NCBI GenBank assembly: GCA_951406725.2
Contig: OX597820.1
Location: 45,694,001 to 45,758,000 of the forward strand
From: Octopus vulgaris
Lineage: Eukaryota
Reading direction: 5' to 3'
DNA: 64,000 nt
Part shown: positions 1 to 12,139 of the stretch, piece by piece
Numbering within the stretch: position 1 is the stretch's first letter
Layout: every line of letters begins with the position of its first letter
The notes under the pieces: model-generated
The model's database searches: none
Told to the model about the DNA's origin: nothing
Seen by the model: only the letters and a program-made list of their open reading frames with translations
Position numbers and translations under genes: made by a program

Positions 1-404
1 TGAAGATGAAATGAAATAAGATAGATAGATAGATAATACATAAAACATGTTAACTCACAATTGAAAATATTATCTTTAGTAGCAGTAGTAGTTGTAGTAG
101 TAGTCTGTATTCGGTGAGAAGTAGTAGTAGTAGTAATAATAATAATAATTAACTGAAACGACGATGAGGATAGAGAAAAGTGAAAGCACAGCGGCGGCGG
201 TTTGTAGTAATAATAATAATAAAACAGAGAAATATAGACCAAAATATATTATATGTGGATATATTTATAAAGCCCTGTCTTTTTCAAAAGATTCAAAGCT
301 GTTTTTTGCTTTTTTTTTTTCTAAATTAATGCTGTTTTCTCTTTTAGGGTTGTTATTGTGGGTTATTTTTTTTTAAATAAACTCGTCAAGGTGGAGTTAG
401 AAAC

Positions 405-2180
405 ATGGAACAGAGAAACAGACCACCGGCCCACGTGACCGACTCACTGCAGCAGCATCAGCAGCAGCAGTACAATCCTCCCCCTCTTACCTCCTCTCTC
501 CCCTTCATCGTCGTCGTCGTCGTCGCTGCCACCCACACCGCCACAACCTGCATTGTTTCCTCCTCCTCTCCTCCCCTTCTCTGTTCACCCCCGATCTCCA
601 ACCTCTCTCCATCGCCACCACCACCACTTGCATTGTTTCTCCTTCTACCCCCTCTCTGTTCTCCTGATCTCCACTCTTCGCCGCCGCCACCACTCCCACC
701 TGCATTGTTTCTTCTCCCTCTCTTTGTTCCCCCCACTCTCCAATCCCTGCCGTCACCATCACCACCGACAGCAACAACAAACGTGGAATCTCTGTGGTTG
801 GTTGGTTGGTCGATCTGCTAAGAATAGTAGCCAAAATATCCTTCAAATTCACTTACAAGCTTACAAGGACACATTTGATAAATGTAGACTTACATACCCT
901 TAAAAAAGACCGGATGGTTACGATTGGAACGTATTTGATCTGCAGGTTTTCACAATCAATCCATTCCTAGGGCTAAACAATATCAACTCTTCCCTTCTCC
1001 GTTCTCCACCCCTACCATCGCCTTCGTCACCCCACCATTACATTGCTTCTTCCTCCTCTACTTCACCCCCTCATCCTGTCTTCGTCACCACCGACACCAC
1101 TAATATTGCTACCTCTTTCCCCTTCTCTACTTTCCTCCGTCGTCACCATCATTTCTCTCCTTATAGCCTCTACCACTACTATCACCACCACCACCATGAC
1201 AACTACTCGCATTGTGTCGTTATGCTTCAATCTCTTCCTCCTTCACTGCTTCTTTCATATACATTCTCTGTCTCTTTCTCTTCATAGACATTCGCATTCT
1301 CTTTCCTTCTCTCTACCATTACTTCACCCTCTTTGTCCCTTTCTCCTCGCACGCATTTTATTCTCTTTCTTTTTCACATACATTCTTAGTCTCTTTCCCT
1401 CTCTTTCTCATTATCTCACCTCTTTCACTTTCTCTTCACACGCTTTCATTCTCTTTTCTTTCTATTTAACATTCTCTCTCCCTTTTCTCTATATTTTCCT
1501 CTTCGTCGTATTTGCAGTTATTGAAAGTGAGGGACAAGACTAGAAATGCTTGAGAGGGTGTTATACTAATAATGGTAGCGGTGGTAGTGCACTGCTGTCT
1601 GTGTTACTAGCAGTATTCAGGTGTTAGTGCATTGTAGTTGATGGTGGTAACAGTGCTGTGTTGCAGTTAGTGTTGTAGTTGGTGTTGGTAGCGGTGTTAG
1701 CGATAGTGGTGATGACAATGTTACGTTACCAGTGGTGCTAGTACTGCGAATACTGCTGGTGATGATGGTGGTATGTTGTGTTACAGTTGGTGTTGGTGGT
1801 GGTACAACCGCTGTACTTTGGTGTTTCTTGTTACTGTGGTAGTGGTTTTAGATTACTTATTGGTGTTGTGGTAGTGGAGATTGTGATGGTATTATTAAAG
1901 TGACGCTGATAGTGCGCTATGCTGTTGCTTGTGGTAGTGTGTACGTGAGGGAGAGAGGTTATGTTGGTGGCGCTTCTATTGTGTCAGTCGCGGTGCTATG
2001 CTGTTTGCGTGATCGTTCTATGACTGATAGGGGTGGTGGTGATGGTGATGGTATTGTGACGGTATTAGTGGTATTTTAATATGGTTGTTGATGTTGCTTA
2101 TCGTTAGTGTTGCGATGGCGGCGGTGGTGACATCAGCATCAATGTTACACGGTTGATATTCATAGTGGTGATGGTGTCAC
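405..2180. repeat. Low-complexity region: C/T-rich (CCA/CCT/TCT) followed by G/T-rich (GGT/GTT) degenerate trinucleotide repeats
   Basis: Degenerate CAC/CTC/TCT runs to ~1500, then GGT/GTA/GTG runs; overlapping ORFs are poly-P/S/L artefacts. Confidence 0.8.
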
Positions 2181-2224
2181 GCTAGAATAAAAAAAATATG
2201 AAAATGATATATTAGTAGTTCCTT

Positions 2225-2435
2225 CTATTATAAAGTATAAGGACTGGAATTTTTGGAAGAGAGGGTTAGTGGATTTAATCGACTCCAGTACTTAACTGAA
2301 TTCTATTTTGTCGACCTCGAAAGAAGTGAAAGGTAAAGTCAACGTTGGAAGAATTCGAACGCAGAACGTAAAGACGGATGAAATGTCGCTAAGCATTTTA
2401 TCCGGCGTGTAACGATTCTAACAGCTCACCGCCTT
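2225..2435 (-). mobile_element. SINE family A (tRNA-like head, Meta/MESC-like central domain), older subtype A2
   Basis: Reverse complement matches the consensus GGCGGCGAGCTGGCAGAA...GAGTTCAAATTCCGCCGAGGTCGACTTTGCCTTTCATCCTTTCGGGGTCGATAAA...GTACCAG repeated many times in this window; Meta/MESC assignment is by recalled similarity. Confidence 0.75.
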
Positions 2436-2448
2436 AGAATGATATATC

Positions 2449-2682
2449 TGTTTCTTTATTACCCACAAGGGGCTAAACATAGAGGGGACAAACAAGGACA
2501 GACAAATGGATTAAGTCGATTACATCGACCTCAGTGCGTAACTGGTACCTAATTTATCGACCCCGAAAGGATGAAAGGCAAAGTCGACCTCGGCGGAATT
2601 AGAACTCGGAACATAACGGGAGACGAAATACGGCTACGCATTTCGCCCGGCGTGCTAACGATTCTGGTAGCTCGCCGCCTTA
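2449..2682 (-). mobile_element. SINE family A, subtype A1, full length with 14-bp TSD
   Basis: Full consensus with A1 tail (...GTCCCCTCTATGTTTAGCCCCTTGTGGGTAATAAAGAAA); TSD TAGAATGATATATC at 2435-2448 and 2683-2696. Confidence 0.9.
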
Positions 2683-3889
2683 TAGAATGATATATCATAA
2701 TGATGGTGGTATTGGATTGGATTATGTTGCAATTATTTACACCCAGGTCAACCCTGTTTCAGCAAGACCTATCATCAAATGCATCCTAAAACATGACCAA
2801 TCTGAATTTTTAGTGGTATACATATACACAACTACATCGTTTAATGTAATAGGGTATGATTTAAGAGAAGTTTGACTTTCATTTCTAACTTGCCGAACGA
2901 CCATATAGAAGCCCCCTCGCAGACTCGTGTTATTGTTGCCGGTAATATTGCTGTTGCTCTCTTGTTCTTATTGCAGTAATTATAGTGGTGAAGGTGACGG
3001 CCGAGGCAACAATGATGAAGAGGGTGGTGATGGTGATGTAGAGTCTTGTTGTTGGTAGTGGTGACGGCGATGTTAATGATATTTCGTGATTGTGTTAATT
3101 TTTGGTTTTTAGTATCTTTTTGTTAATTTTCAGTTTTCTTTAGCGTCTCTCTCTCTCTCTCTCTTTCTCAACACTCGTAAAAGCTGTAAGCGACCATCTT
3201 CCATGCCATCTTTCGTATCCTCTCTTGTTCCTCTCATTCAAGAAAGAGAAGAAATTAATGAATGATATATTAAACATCTACATATATACACATATGGGTA
3301 TATTTATATATAAGTATAAATTAAAATATACATGCGTTCCTACATAGATATACGTGTATGTATGTATATGTATGTGTGTCTATGTGTCTGTCTTTGTGTG
3401 TGTGTGTGTGTAGAGAGAGAGAGAGAAACAGACAGAAGACAGGCAAGCATACAGACACGCCGGCAGAGACAGAAAGATAGACAGACACACCGACAGAGAC
3501 AGGCAGGCAGAAACAGTGAATCGAAAACCGATAAATATATAAATATACCAAAGTTAAGTACACTGGAAAAATGCTAGCCAAAATATGCTTAAAGTCACCG
3601 TAACTTTGTATTCAATAGCACTATATACCAGATAAGGTCCAATAAATAAACAGCCGTCGCTCTAGTTCGCGTATCACTTGGTTTCATAATTCACCATAGC
3701 TTTTACCTATGCTTTGGGAAACCCATTTTGTCGTGAGCAAACACAGAGGCACCCTTTCCAGCTCCCTATCCTTGACCCAGCAAAGCAACAAAGATGTGAC
3801 TCATAGTTGTAATTTCATATTATCAATCTCGGAAGGATGACTTCGACAGCGTTTGAACTCTGAATATAAAGTGCCGGTACACATAATTT

Positions 3890-4230
3890 TTTTTTTTTTC
3901 TACTATCGACACAAGACCTGAAAGTCTGGGGTAAGGAGCTAGTCGATGGCATCGATCCAATGCTTAACTGGCATTTATTTTATTGTCCCATAAAGGATAA
4001 AAGACAAAGTCGACTTCAGCAGCATTTGAACTCAGAACGTAAAGTCAGAAGAAATGCAGCTTAGCATGTTTTTTCCTGCGTGCTAACGATTCGGCCAACT
4101 CAGCGCCTTGGAGCCGGTACAAATAATCTTTTCTGCTATAGGCACAAGGCCTGAAATTTAGTCGACTACATCAACTTCAATGCTCAACTGGTACTTATTT
4201 TATAGACTCCGAAAAGGCGAAAGGCAAAAC
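3890..4230 (-). mobile_element. SINE family A2 copy plus adjacent partial copy
   Basis: Degenerate match to the family A consensus; GCCGGTACA(C/A)ATAAT duplicated at ~3873 and ~4113. Confidence 0.65.
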
Positions 4231-4659
4231 TCGAACAAATAACACAAAGTATTTGGTCCGGCGTTCTCCGATAATAGGTGAAGCGTCGGACGAAATATCT
4301 TGCAGTATCTGGTTAAATTTCTCTGAGTTCAAAGTACTGAGTCGCACCACGGTCCGCTGTTTGCAGGAGACTGCAATGATAGACCTTTTCCAGCTAGAAA
4401 TATTTTCCATTACCCTATTTCAACCCCTACGTTATGTAATTTGTGTAGAAACAAAGAATTATCTCTCTATTGTGTGTGTGTATGTGCGTGTGCATGTGCG
4501 CGCGTGTGTTTATCAATAGATAGATAGATAGATAGATAGAATTTGGCTATCTGAACCTGGCGAGCTAGATTTACGTAAGGAACCAAACGAAACTTATGTT
4601 ACATGAGGCCAAATTAAACTTGTTTTAGATAATAATAATAATAATAATATATAAGCCGC

Positions 4660-4860
4660 CGTGTGTGTGCATGTGTCCGCCACCGCCGCTTGACAACCGG
4701 TGTCGGTTTGTTTACGTCCCGTTACATAGCAGAAAGAGACCGATAGTAACAGGTTTTGAAAAACATGTAATAATTACTGCGATCGATTTGTTCGACTCAA
4801 ACCTTCAAGGTGGTGCCTCAGCTTAGCCACGTGGTCTAATGAATGAAACAAATAAAAAGG
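4660..4860 (+). mobile_element. SINE family B, 3' half
   Basis: CGCTTGACAACCGGTG...GAGACCGATAG...GGTGGTGCCTCAGC...GAAACAAATAAAA matches the 3' half of the full copies at 9092 and 23444. Confidence 0.7.
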
Positions 4861-5032
4861 TAAACGACATTCATGTTTGGTTTTATGTGAAGTTGCTTAT
4901 AAAAAATATACAACTTAACATTAAAGCTGAAGGATTGCTCAGAACCTTTTTTCTAGTAGAGTACAACCGATACTTCGAAGTCACTGTCAACTTTTCCTTT
5001 ACAAAAATGTATGTGTATATAAATATAAATAT

Positions 5033-5092
<60 letters not shown>

Positions 5093-5232
5093 TGTGGAAG
5101 GCCAATTTATGGGATTACCTTAAGCATCTCGTCCATAAAGGATTTAGCTGTTGCAGAGTTAATTTAAATTTGGCCATGGTGGATCGAATCCACTTCATGC
5201 ATGCAAGATCCACTACATATATATATATATAT

Positions 5233-5458
5233 ACCAGAGTATGCACATAAATGTGAAACAAGGTGGAAAGAATAGTACTCGAATACCGGAGGTAGAGTAA
5301 TATATTTTTTATTAATAAAGCTGCAAAGACATCACCAAAACTGCTACTCAGTTTCACGTTCCCGTTCCTCGGGCAGTTTTGGATTAGAAAAACTGTCGGA
5401 CGGACGGCAACGTGAAACTCTGAGTAACAGTTTCTGTGATGCTTTTGCAGCTGTAATA

Positions 5459-5460
<2 letters not shown>
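5233..5460. mobile_element. Penelope-like pLTR fragment with inverted arms, each with a degenerate hammerhead motif, between (TA)n tracts
   Basis: Arms ~5308-5380 and 5388-5460 are reverse complements; minus arm AACTGC-CCGAGGA-ACG-GGAA-CGT-GAAACTGAGTA-GCAGTT, plus arm AACTGT-CGGACGG-ACG-GCAA-CGT-GAAACTCTGAGTA-ACAGTT. Confidence 0.6.
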
Positions 5461-5494
<34 letters not shown>

Positions 5495-5645
5495 AATTAA
5501 GGACTGAACACGAAAAGTGGACAGTCAACATGCTAGATATAGACGTCAAATCGCCATTCTCCACAAAAAGTCTATGTTCTCAGATCAAACTCAACACAAA
5601 ACCAAAGCAATAAACAAGTGAAAAATATACGAAATAAATATTTAC

Positions 5646-5711
5646 CCATGTACTAAATTTAGTTTCGGTTGTTATTTTCCGTAAGGAAAAGTGCAACCAT
5701 CATCAGCATGG
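5646..5711 (-). ncRNA. Type I hammerhead ribozyme, intact core, in a ~270-bp (TA)n-flanked element (5493-5760)
   Basis: Minus strand: CCAUG-CUGAUGA-U-GGUUG[cac UUUUCC uuac GGAAAA uaa]CAACC-GAA-ACUAAAUUUAGU-A-CAUGG; stem I 5 bp, stem II with extension, palindromic stem III, GUA triplet. Confidence 0.85.
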
Positions 5712-5752
5712 TCCCATATAAAATGCAATTTGCTATACTAAATGCCTAAATT

Positions 5753-5819
<67 letters not shown>

Positions 5820-6000
5820 TGAGTGTGTGTGTCTGTGTCCCCCACCACCGTATGAAAACCGGTATTGGTGTGATTATGTCCTTGTAATCTAGCGGTTCGA
5901 CAAAAGACACCGATAAAAAAGAAAATGAAAAGAATTTCGACTAAAAATTCTTCAATTCTTCAGCATGGCCGAAGTCTAATGACTGGAACAAGCAAAAAAA
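5820..6000 (+). mobile_element. SINE family B, 3' half
   Basis: Match to B consensus (TAGCGGTTCG...CAGCATGGCCG...TGACTGGAACAAG). Confidence 0.65.
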
Positions 6001-6067
6001 AAATAAGGCGAGAATGTATATTTCTTGCTTGTTGATAAGTACGCAATACATGTGTTTGTGTGTGTGG

Positions 6068-6102
<35 letters not shown>

Positions 6103-6828
6103 TGTCTGTCTGTGCGCGCGCACCCATTTGTATATGTGTTAATTTTCTGTGAAATGGACACATCAGCTTATCCTACCCGTTGATAATTTACATCAGACTT
6201 TACACGTAGATATATGATTGCATAAACCAGTGAAGTCAGTGCTCCAGCGTGGTCGCAGTCGAATGATTAAAATCATTAAAACGATGGTAAAAGAATGCAT
6301 GTGTTTCATTTAATCAAATTTTTATCTTGTCGCTATTTTCATCTTTTATTTTTCCATTCATCGTTAATTCATTCATAACTTTCTCTCCCTCGTATTTGTG
6401 TATATACTCCCGTTCAATTACTTTATCTTCTACTTAGCTAACACATTCTTTAACACATACGCACCCAGATACTCATGCACTTTCCTTCTTTCACATTTCA
6501 CCTTTTCGAATTTGCAGGGAGAGCTCGACTTGCTAAAAATAACAGTCAAAATTTTTCTCATATCACATACTCTCTACCACCTTAGAAAGAACGACCCATT
6601 GGAAAATGTAATCCTTCTGGGTTTACTAGGAAAGAGACAGGGTGTTCACAGTTGGAATGCATTTGATCATAGGTCTGTTCGATCAGGGATGACATACACC
6701 AACAACTTCATCAATTTATCTCCTCCTCCTCCTCCTCCTTCTTCATACACCTCCTATTCATCCCCTCGTTCTTTTCATTCTCTTACTATTTCTCATTCCC
6801 CGCTATTTTGTCTATACTTTTCTAATTC

Positions 6829-6875
<47 letters not shown>

Positions 6876-8029
6876 ATCACTTTTCTATCTTTCAGTATTT
6901 ATCTTCTTCTTAAAAACACACATGTCTTTATGTCTTTTCATTTTAAACGCTCTCCCTCCCCACCATTATCATCTCTGTCCCTAACACACTTCTTTCTCTT
7001 GCTTACACTTCTCTAATATCATAATATCATACCCCCCCTCACTTTCTCTCATCTTTAGCTGTATTCTTCACATCTTTTCTAATTTGATTTCCTCATCCCC
7101 CCTTTTGTCTGTCTAGCAACTTCTCGCTTTTAAACGCTCGCCTATCACTCACTTCCTCTCCTATTTCCTGCGTCTGGCGAGTTACTTTCTCCTCCCTATC
7201 TTCTCAACATTCCTTCATTTTTTAATGCCTTTCTCTTCTTTTTACCCCCCCCCCTCATACCGTGGTTACGTTTATGTCATTTTCTGCTCACACTCAATGC
7301 TTTTTTACTCGTAGCTGAAAAGGTCAACCTCTCTTTTTCTCACACATAAATACACCTCCTTTGTACTTCACCTATTCACTCACCCCTCTCTCTGTTTCTC
7401 TCTCTCTCTCTTGCTCTGTTTCTCTCTCTCTTTCTCTGTTTTTTCTCTCTCTCGCTCTCTCTCTCTCTCTGTTTCTCTCTCTTTTAACTTCTAAGTTCGC
7501 TTGCCACTTCGTTCTTTGATCTAATCTTTATATTTTTCTCTTTCTATTTTATGTCTCAATCTATACAAACACAAGGCTATCGTATTTGTATTTAGCACCC
7601 ACAACGCTCCTCTGAGCTATTTTCTTACAGCCATATATATATATAGTGTTGACATGATTATTCATCTATTCTTTTTTATTGTTGATATTCACAATCAGCG
7701 TCACTACTTTACCCCTACTTCTAAACATATATTGATCAGTTAGTCTTTACAAACAGAATATGCTTTGCTGCAAAGGTTTAATAAGACCGAAACGTGTCCG
7801 TATTTTCATTTGATGGCTTTGCAGATAAGATACTTGCCTATATGCACTATCAATATTTTCCATAAATTTCAATTGGAGTTATCTCCCATGATTGTTGCCT
7901 TCAGATTTTTAAACACTCAAAGGGAGTTTTTATCTAGTAATTGCATGAATAACCGCAATTAATAAAAGATGTTTTTCATCTCACTATATTACGTGGGAGC
8001 ATTTCTTGATTTCATCTTTTTTTTTTTTT

Positions 8030-8230
8030 TTTACTTGTTTCAGTCATTGAATTGCGGCCATGCTCGGGCACCGCATCGAAGGGTTTAATCGAACAAATCA
8101 ACTCAAGCACTTACTTTTTCAGTCTGTTACTTTATCTTTGCCGAACCATTATGTTACGGGAACGTAAACAAACCAACACTGATTGCCAAATGGTGGTTTT
8201 GGACAAACAAAAACAAGGACACACACATAC
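8030..8230 (-). mobile_element. SINE family B, 3' half
   Basis: TTACTTGTTTCAGTCATTG...TGCGGCCATGCT...TTTGCCGAACC is the reverse complement of the B tail. Confidence 0.7.
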
Positions 8231-8387
8231 ATAATGTATACATACACGCATGTGTGTGCGTCATGGGAGAATCCTGAACATCCCCACGTGACTGAAGGTG
8301 GACTAAACGATTACAATACATAGGAACTGTGTGAACTGTCAATGGAGAGTCGACGGTGTTAGTTTTGGTTGTGGCAGTGTATTTTTG

Positions 8388-8640
8388 GATCTTTACCTTT
8401 TGACCTACAGATTTAAAAAATAATTTTTTGTAACTAAACACTTTCAAACTTCAGACACTGGTAGAATGTGTCATATAAAACATCTTTTACTCTTAGCATT
8501 TTTGAGAAAAACTTATATTTACGAAGTTATTTCACGTTAAAGTTGTCTTATTTCGGTAGTTTCAACCAATTAATGACGTGTATTCAGTTGAATAAAATTA
8601 CTGCTGTTGTTTGTCAACAAGGACTTCTGGCGGTGAATAC
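8388..8640 (+). repeat. Unclassified dispersed repeat (second copy at ~29932-30145)
   Basis: GGATCTTTACCTTTTGACC...AACTAAACACTTTCAAACTTC...CTGGTAGAATGTG shared with 29932-30145. Confidence 0.65.
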
Positions 8641-8645
8641 ATATG

Positions 8646-8678
<33 letters not shown>

Positions 8679-8755
8679 ATGTATATGTATACATATATAC
8701 ATATATATGTAGATATACACACATATACACACGTATATGTATATGTACATATACG

Positions 8756-8787
<32 letters not shown>

Positions 8788-8858
8788 TACACACATACAT
8801 ATATATGTATATATACATATGTATATGTATATATACACATATATATATGTATATTTAC

Positions 8859-8951
<93 letters not shown>

Positions 8952-9091
8952 CATATGTATATATACATGTGCTGACTCATTATTTTTCTCGTTGCCTACG
9001 TAAAAACGTGTGTTACTGTCTGTGAAGCAATTAGCTGACCCCAAATTATAATTATAATTATGTTTATAATTATAGAATATATGTATATATA

Positions 9092-9480
9092 GGCGCAGGA
9101 GTGGCTGTGTGGTAAGTAGCTTGCTAACCAACCACATGGTTCCGGGTTCAGTCCCACTGCGTGGCATCTTGGGCGAGTGTCTTCTCACCGACCAATGCCT
9201 TGTGAGTGGATTTGGTAAACGGAAACTGAAAGAAGCCTGTCGTATATATGTATATATATATATATATGTGTGTTTGTGTGTCTGTTTGTCCCCCTAGCAT
9301 TGCTTGACAACCGATGCTGGTGTGTTTACGTCCCTGTCACTTAGCGGTTCGGCAAAAGAGACCGATAGAATAAGTACTGGGCTTACAAAGAATAAGTCCC
9401 GGGGTCGATTTGCTCGAATAAAGGCGGTGCTCCAGCATGGCCGCAGTAAAATGACTGAAACAAGTAACAGAGTAAAGAGT
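9092..9480 (+). mobile_element. SINE family B (tRNA-like head, CORE-like CTTGGGCAAGT motif, internal microsatellite), full length
   Basis: A-box-like TGGCTGTGTGG, B-box-like GGTTCAGTCCC, internal (TA)/(GT), tail GCATGGCCGCAGT...GACTGAAACAAGTAA(AAGAGT)n. Confidence 0.85.
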
Positions 9481-9543
9481 ATATATATATGTATATATAT
9501 ATATATATATATGATAGGCGTGCTAACGTTTCTGCCAGCTCGC

Positions 9544-9662
<119 letters not shown>

Positions 9663-9712
9663 AAATATTGAATTTCTAAATCTCTCGTAGAGACCTGTAC
9701 GGTGGTGGGGCG

Positions 9713-9927
9713 ATAGAATGGTTGTATACTGTCAATCTAACAAGAACGTGACAGTAGGGGGTACACCACCGTTGATTAGCCCTAGGAGGCATCGAACGCC
9801 TCCTGACAGCTTCGACACATTTTTTCCCTGTGTCGAAGCTGTCAGGAGGCGTTCGATGCCTCCTAGAGCTATACAACGGTGGTGTAACCCCTACTGTCAC
9901 GTTCTTGTTAGATTGACAGTATACAAC

Positions 9928-9935
<8 letters not shown>
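9713..9935. repeat. Near-perfect 223-bp palindrome (107-bp arms, 9-nt loop) abutting (TA)n
   Basis: Arms 9713-9819 and 9829-9935 are reverse complements with ~4 mismatches and no net indel. Confidence 0.95.
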
Positions 9936-9963
<28 letters not shown>

Positions 9964-10017
9964 CGGGAAGCTTTATGAAAATAGACAAAAGACGAAGGCA
10001 GGTGGAAAACAAGTGTA

Positions 10018-10073
<56 letters not shown>

Positions 10074-10241
10074 ATATATATATATATATATACATACACA
10101 TATACATATACACCTATATATATACATATATACATATATATATATATATATGTATATATATGTGTGTATATATATATATATATATAACGGGAAGCTTTAT
10201 GAAAATAGACAAAAGACGAAGGCAGGTGGAAAACAAGTGTA

Positions 10242-10295
<54 letters not shown>

Positions 10296-10302
10296 TATAT
10301 AT

Positions 10303-10339
<37 letters not shown>

Positions 10340-10368
10340 CAGACACATATACATATACACCTATATAT

Positions 10369-10409
<41 letters not shown>

Positions 10410-10504
10410 TGTGTATATATATATATATATACACACACAAATAAAGGTGTGTACACACATATATATACATAAATAGATATGTATACACACACACACATAC
10501 ACAC

Positions 10505-10663
10505 ATTATTGGACTTTCCTCTGTCTCCTGTTTCTGAAGAAAAGCTTTGCTCGAAACGTTAAACCATCCTCCTTTCCTTCGATGAGCATCTGCTAATACT
10601 TTACGTGCCCCACGGCCTCGCGTTGTTGATTTTTTGTGTTTGTTCTTCGTTCTTTTTAATTAC

Positions 10664-10694
<31 letters not shown>

Positions 10695-10721
10695 ATATAT
10701 ATATTTTTTTTTATATGTGTT

Positions 10722-10772
<51 letters not shown>

Positions 10773-10970
10773 CCGCGTGTGTACCGTTGGCGATTTTTTT
10801 CCTCCGTCTTCCCTTCTCTGGATCTTTCCTTTTCCTATGTTTCTGATGAAGAGCTCCGCTCGAAACGTTAGGCCCTCCTTCTTCCCTTTCTTCCTGAGCG
10901 TCCAATAATACTATATTTGTTCCACGTCCTTGCGTTGTTGTGTTTTCTCTTTGTATTTTCATGTTTGGAT

Positions 10971-10975
<5 letters not shown>
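10505..10975 (+). mobile_element. Two Penelope-like pLTR fragments with minimal hammerheads (10530-10564 and 10839-10873), separated by microsatellite
   Basis: GTTT-CTGAAGA-A-AAGC-TTT-GCTC-GAAACGTT-AAAC and GTTT-CTGATGA-A-GAGC-TCC-GCTC-GAAACGTT-AGGC; downstream CCTCGCGTTGTTG-like sequence shared; a third truncated copy lies on the minus strand at ~40028-40150. Confidence 0.75.
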
Positions 10976-11035
<60 letters not shown>

Positions 11036-11774
11036 GTATATATGCATACATATATATCAATATAGATCTATATATATATATGTATACATATATATATATA
11101 TACATAGCTATATATACACATATATATGCATACATATATTTATACGTATATATATACATACATATATACACACACATATATATAGACACATATATACATA
11201 TATATATATATGCATATAAATCTTTCTATATACATGTATATATATACATATATGCATTTACATCTATACATATACATGTATAGATATACATCTATATATA
11301 TATATACACACACATATATATATACATACATATATATATACATACATATATATGTGCAGATGTATATACACATATATACATGCTTATATATCTGTGTGTG
11401 TGTATACATAATATATATGTGTGTGTGTGTGTGTGTAATCATGTATATATGTGAGATAATAGTTTCACTTTTAATAGTTTCAGTATTAATAATTCATTAA
11501 TAGTGAAACTATTAAAACTGAAAATATTATCTCACATTACAATAGAGATGTTATTGTTTCACTTTTGACACGTAATACTGAAATAATGTAAGTTATAAGA
11601 TATTGCTCTCGACTCGCATTAGGCAAGAAGTTGAAAATTGTTTGGGCCCATGACACTGCATGGATCTCTGTAAGGCATGTGTAAAAATTGAATGAAATCA
11701 GTGGGGTAGTTCTCGAGTTTTTGTGATACAAATAGGCAGACAGACGCCTGCACGCTCACACACGTACACGCACG

Positions 11775-11838
<64 letters not shown>

Positions 11839-12095
11839 GCATCCTTCTAGGAGAAGGTAACTCAGGTAACTGGGATAACTCCGATATAAAACCTGCGGGT
11901 CAGTGGTTACTGATGATGTTGACTTGTTCTTCTTTTCGGATTATAGCTGCTGTAGCTTAGTGAGTGGGATTGACTCAGTGTACAGCCTTTCCTCACTTAA
12001 AAAATCTTCTTGCACAGGCATTGCACGATAACAACATTGATTAAACTTTGTGCAATGGCCATACACGATAACGAGGGGGCAGCCACCATATAGAC

Positions 12096-12139
<44 letters not shown>

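Noticed and set aside
405-1543. Gln/Pro/Leu-rich ORFs (405-821, 1043-1543)
   Set aside because: Low-complexity DNA open in several frames on both strands; no recognisable domain
9961-10430. ~224-bp tandem duplication including microsatellites
   Set aside because: Only ~55 bp is unique sequence, with no ribozyme or ORF; most simply slippage or an assembly artefact
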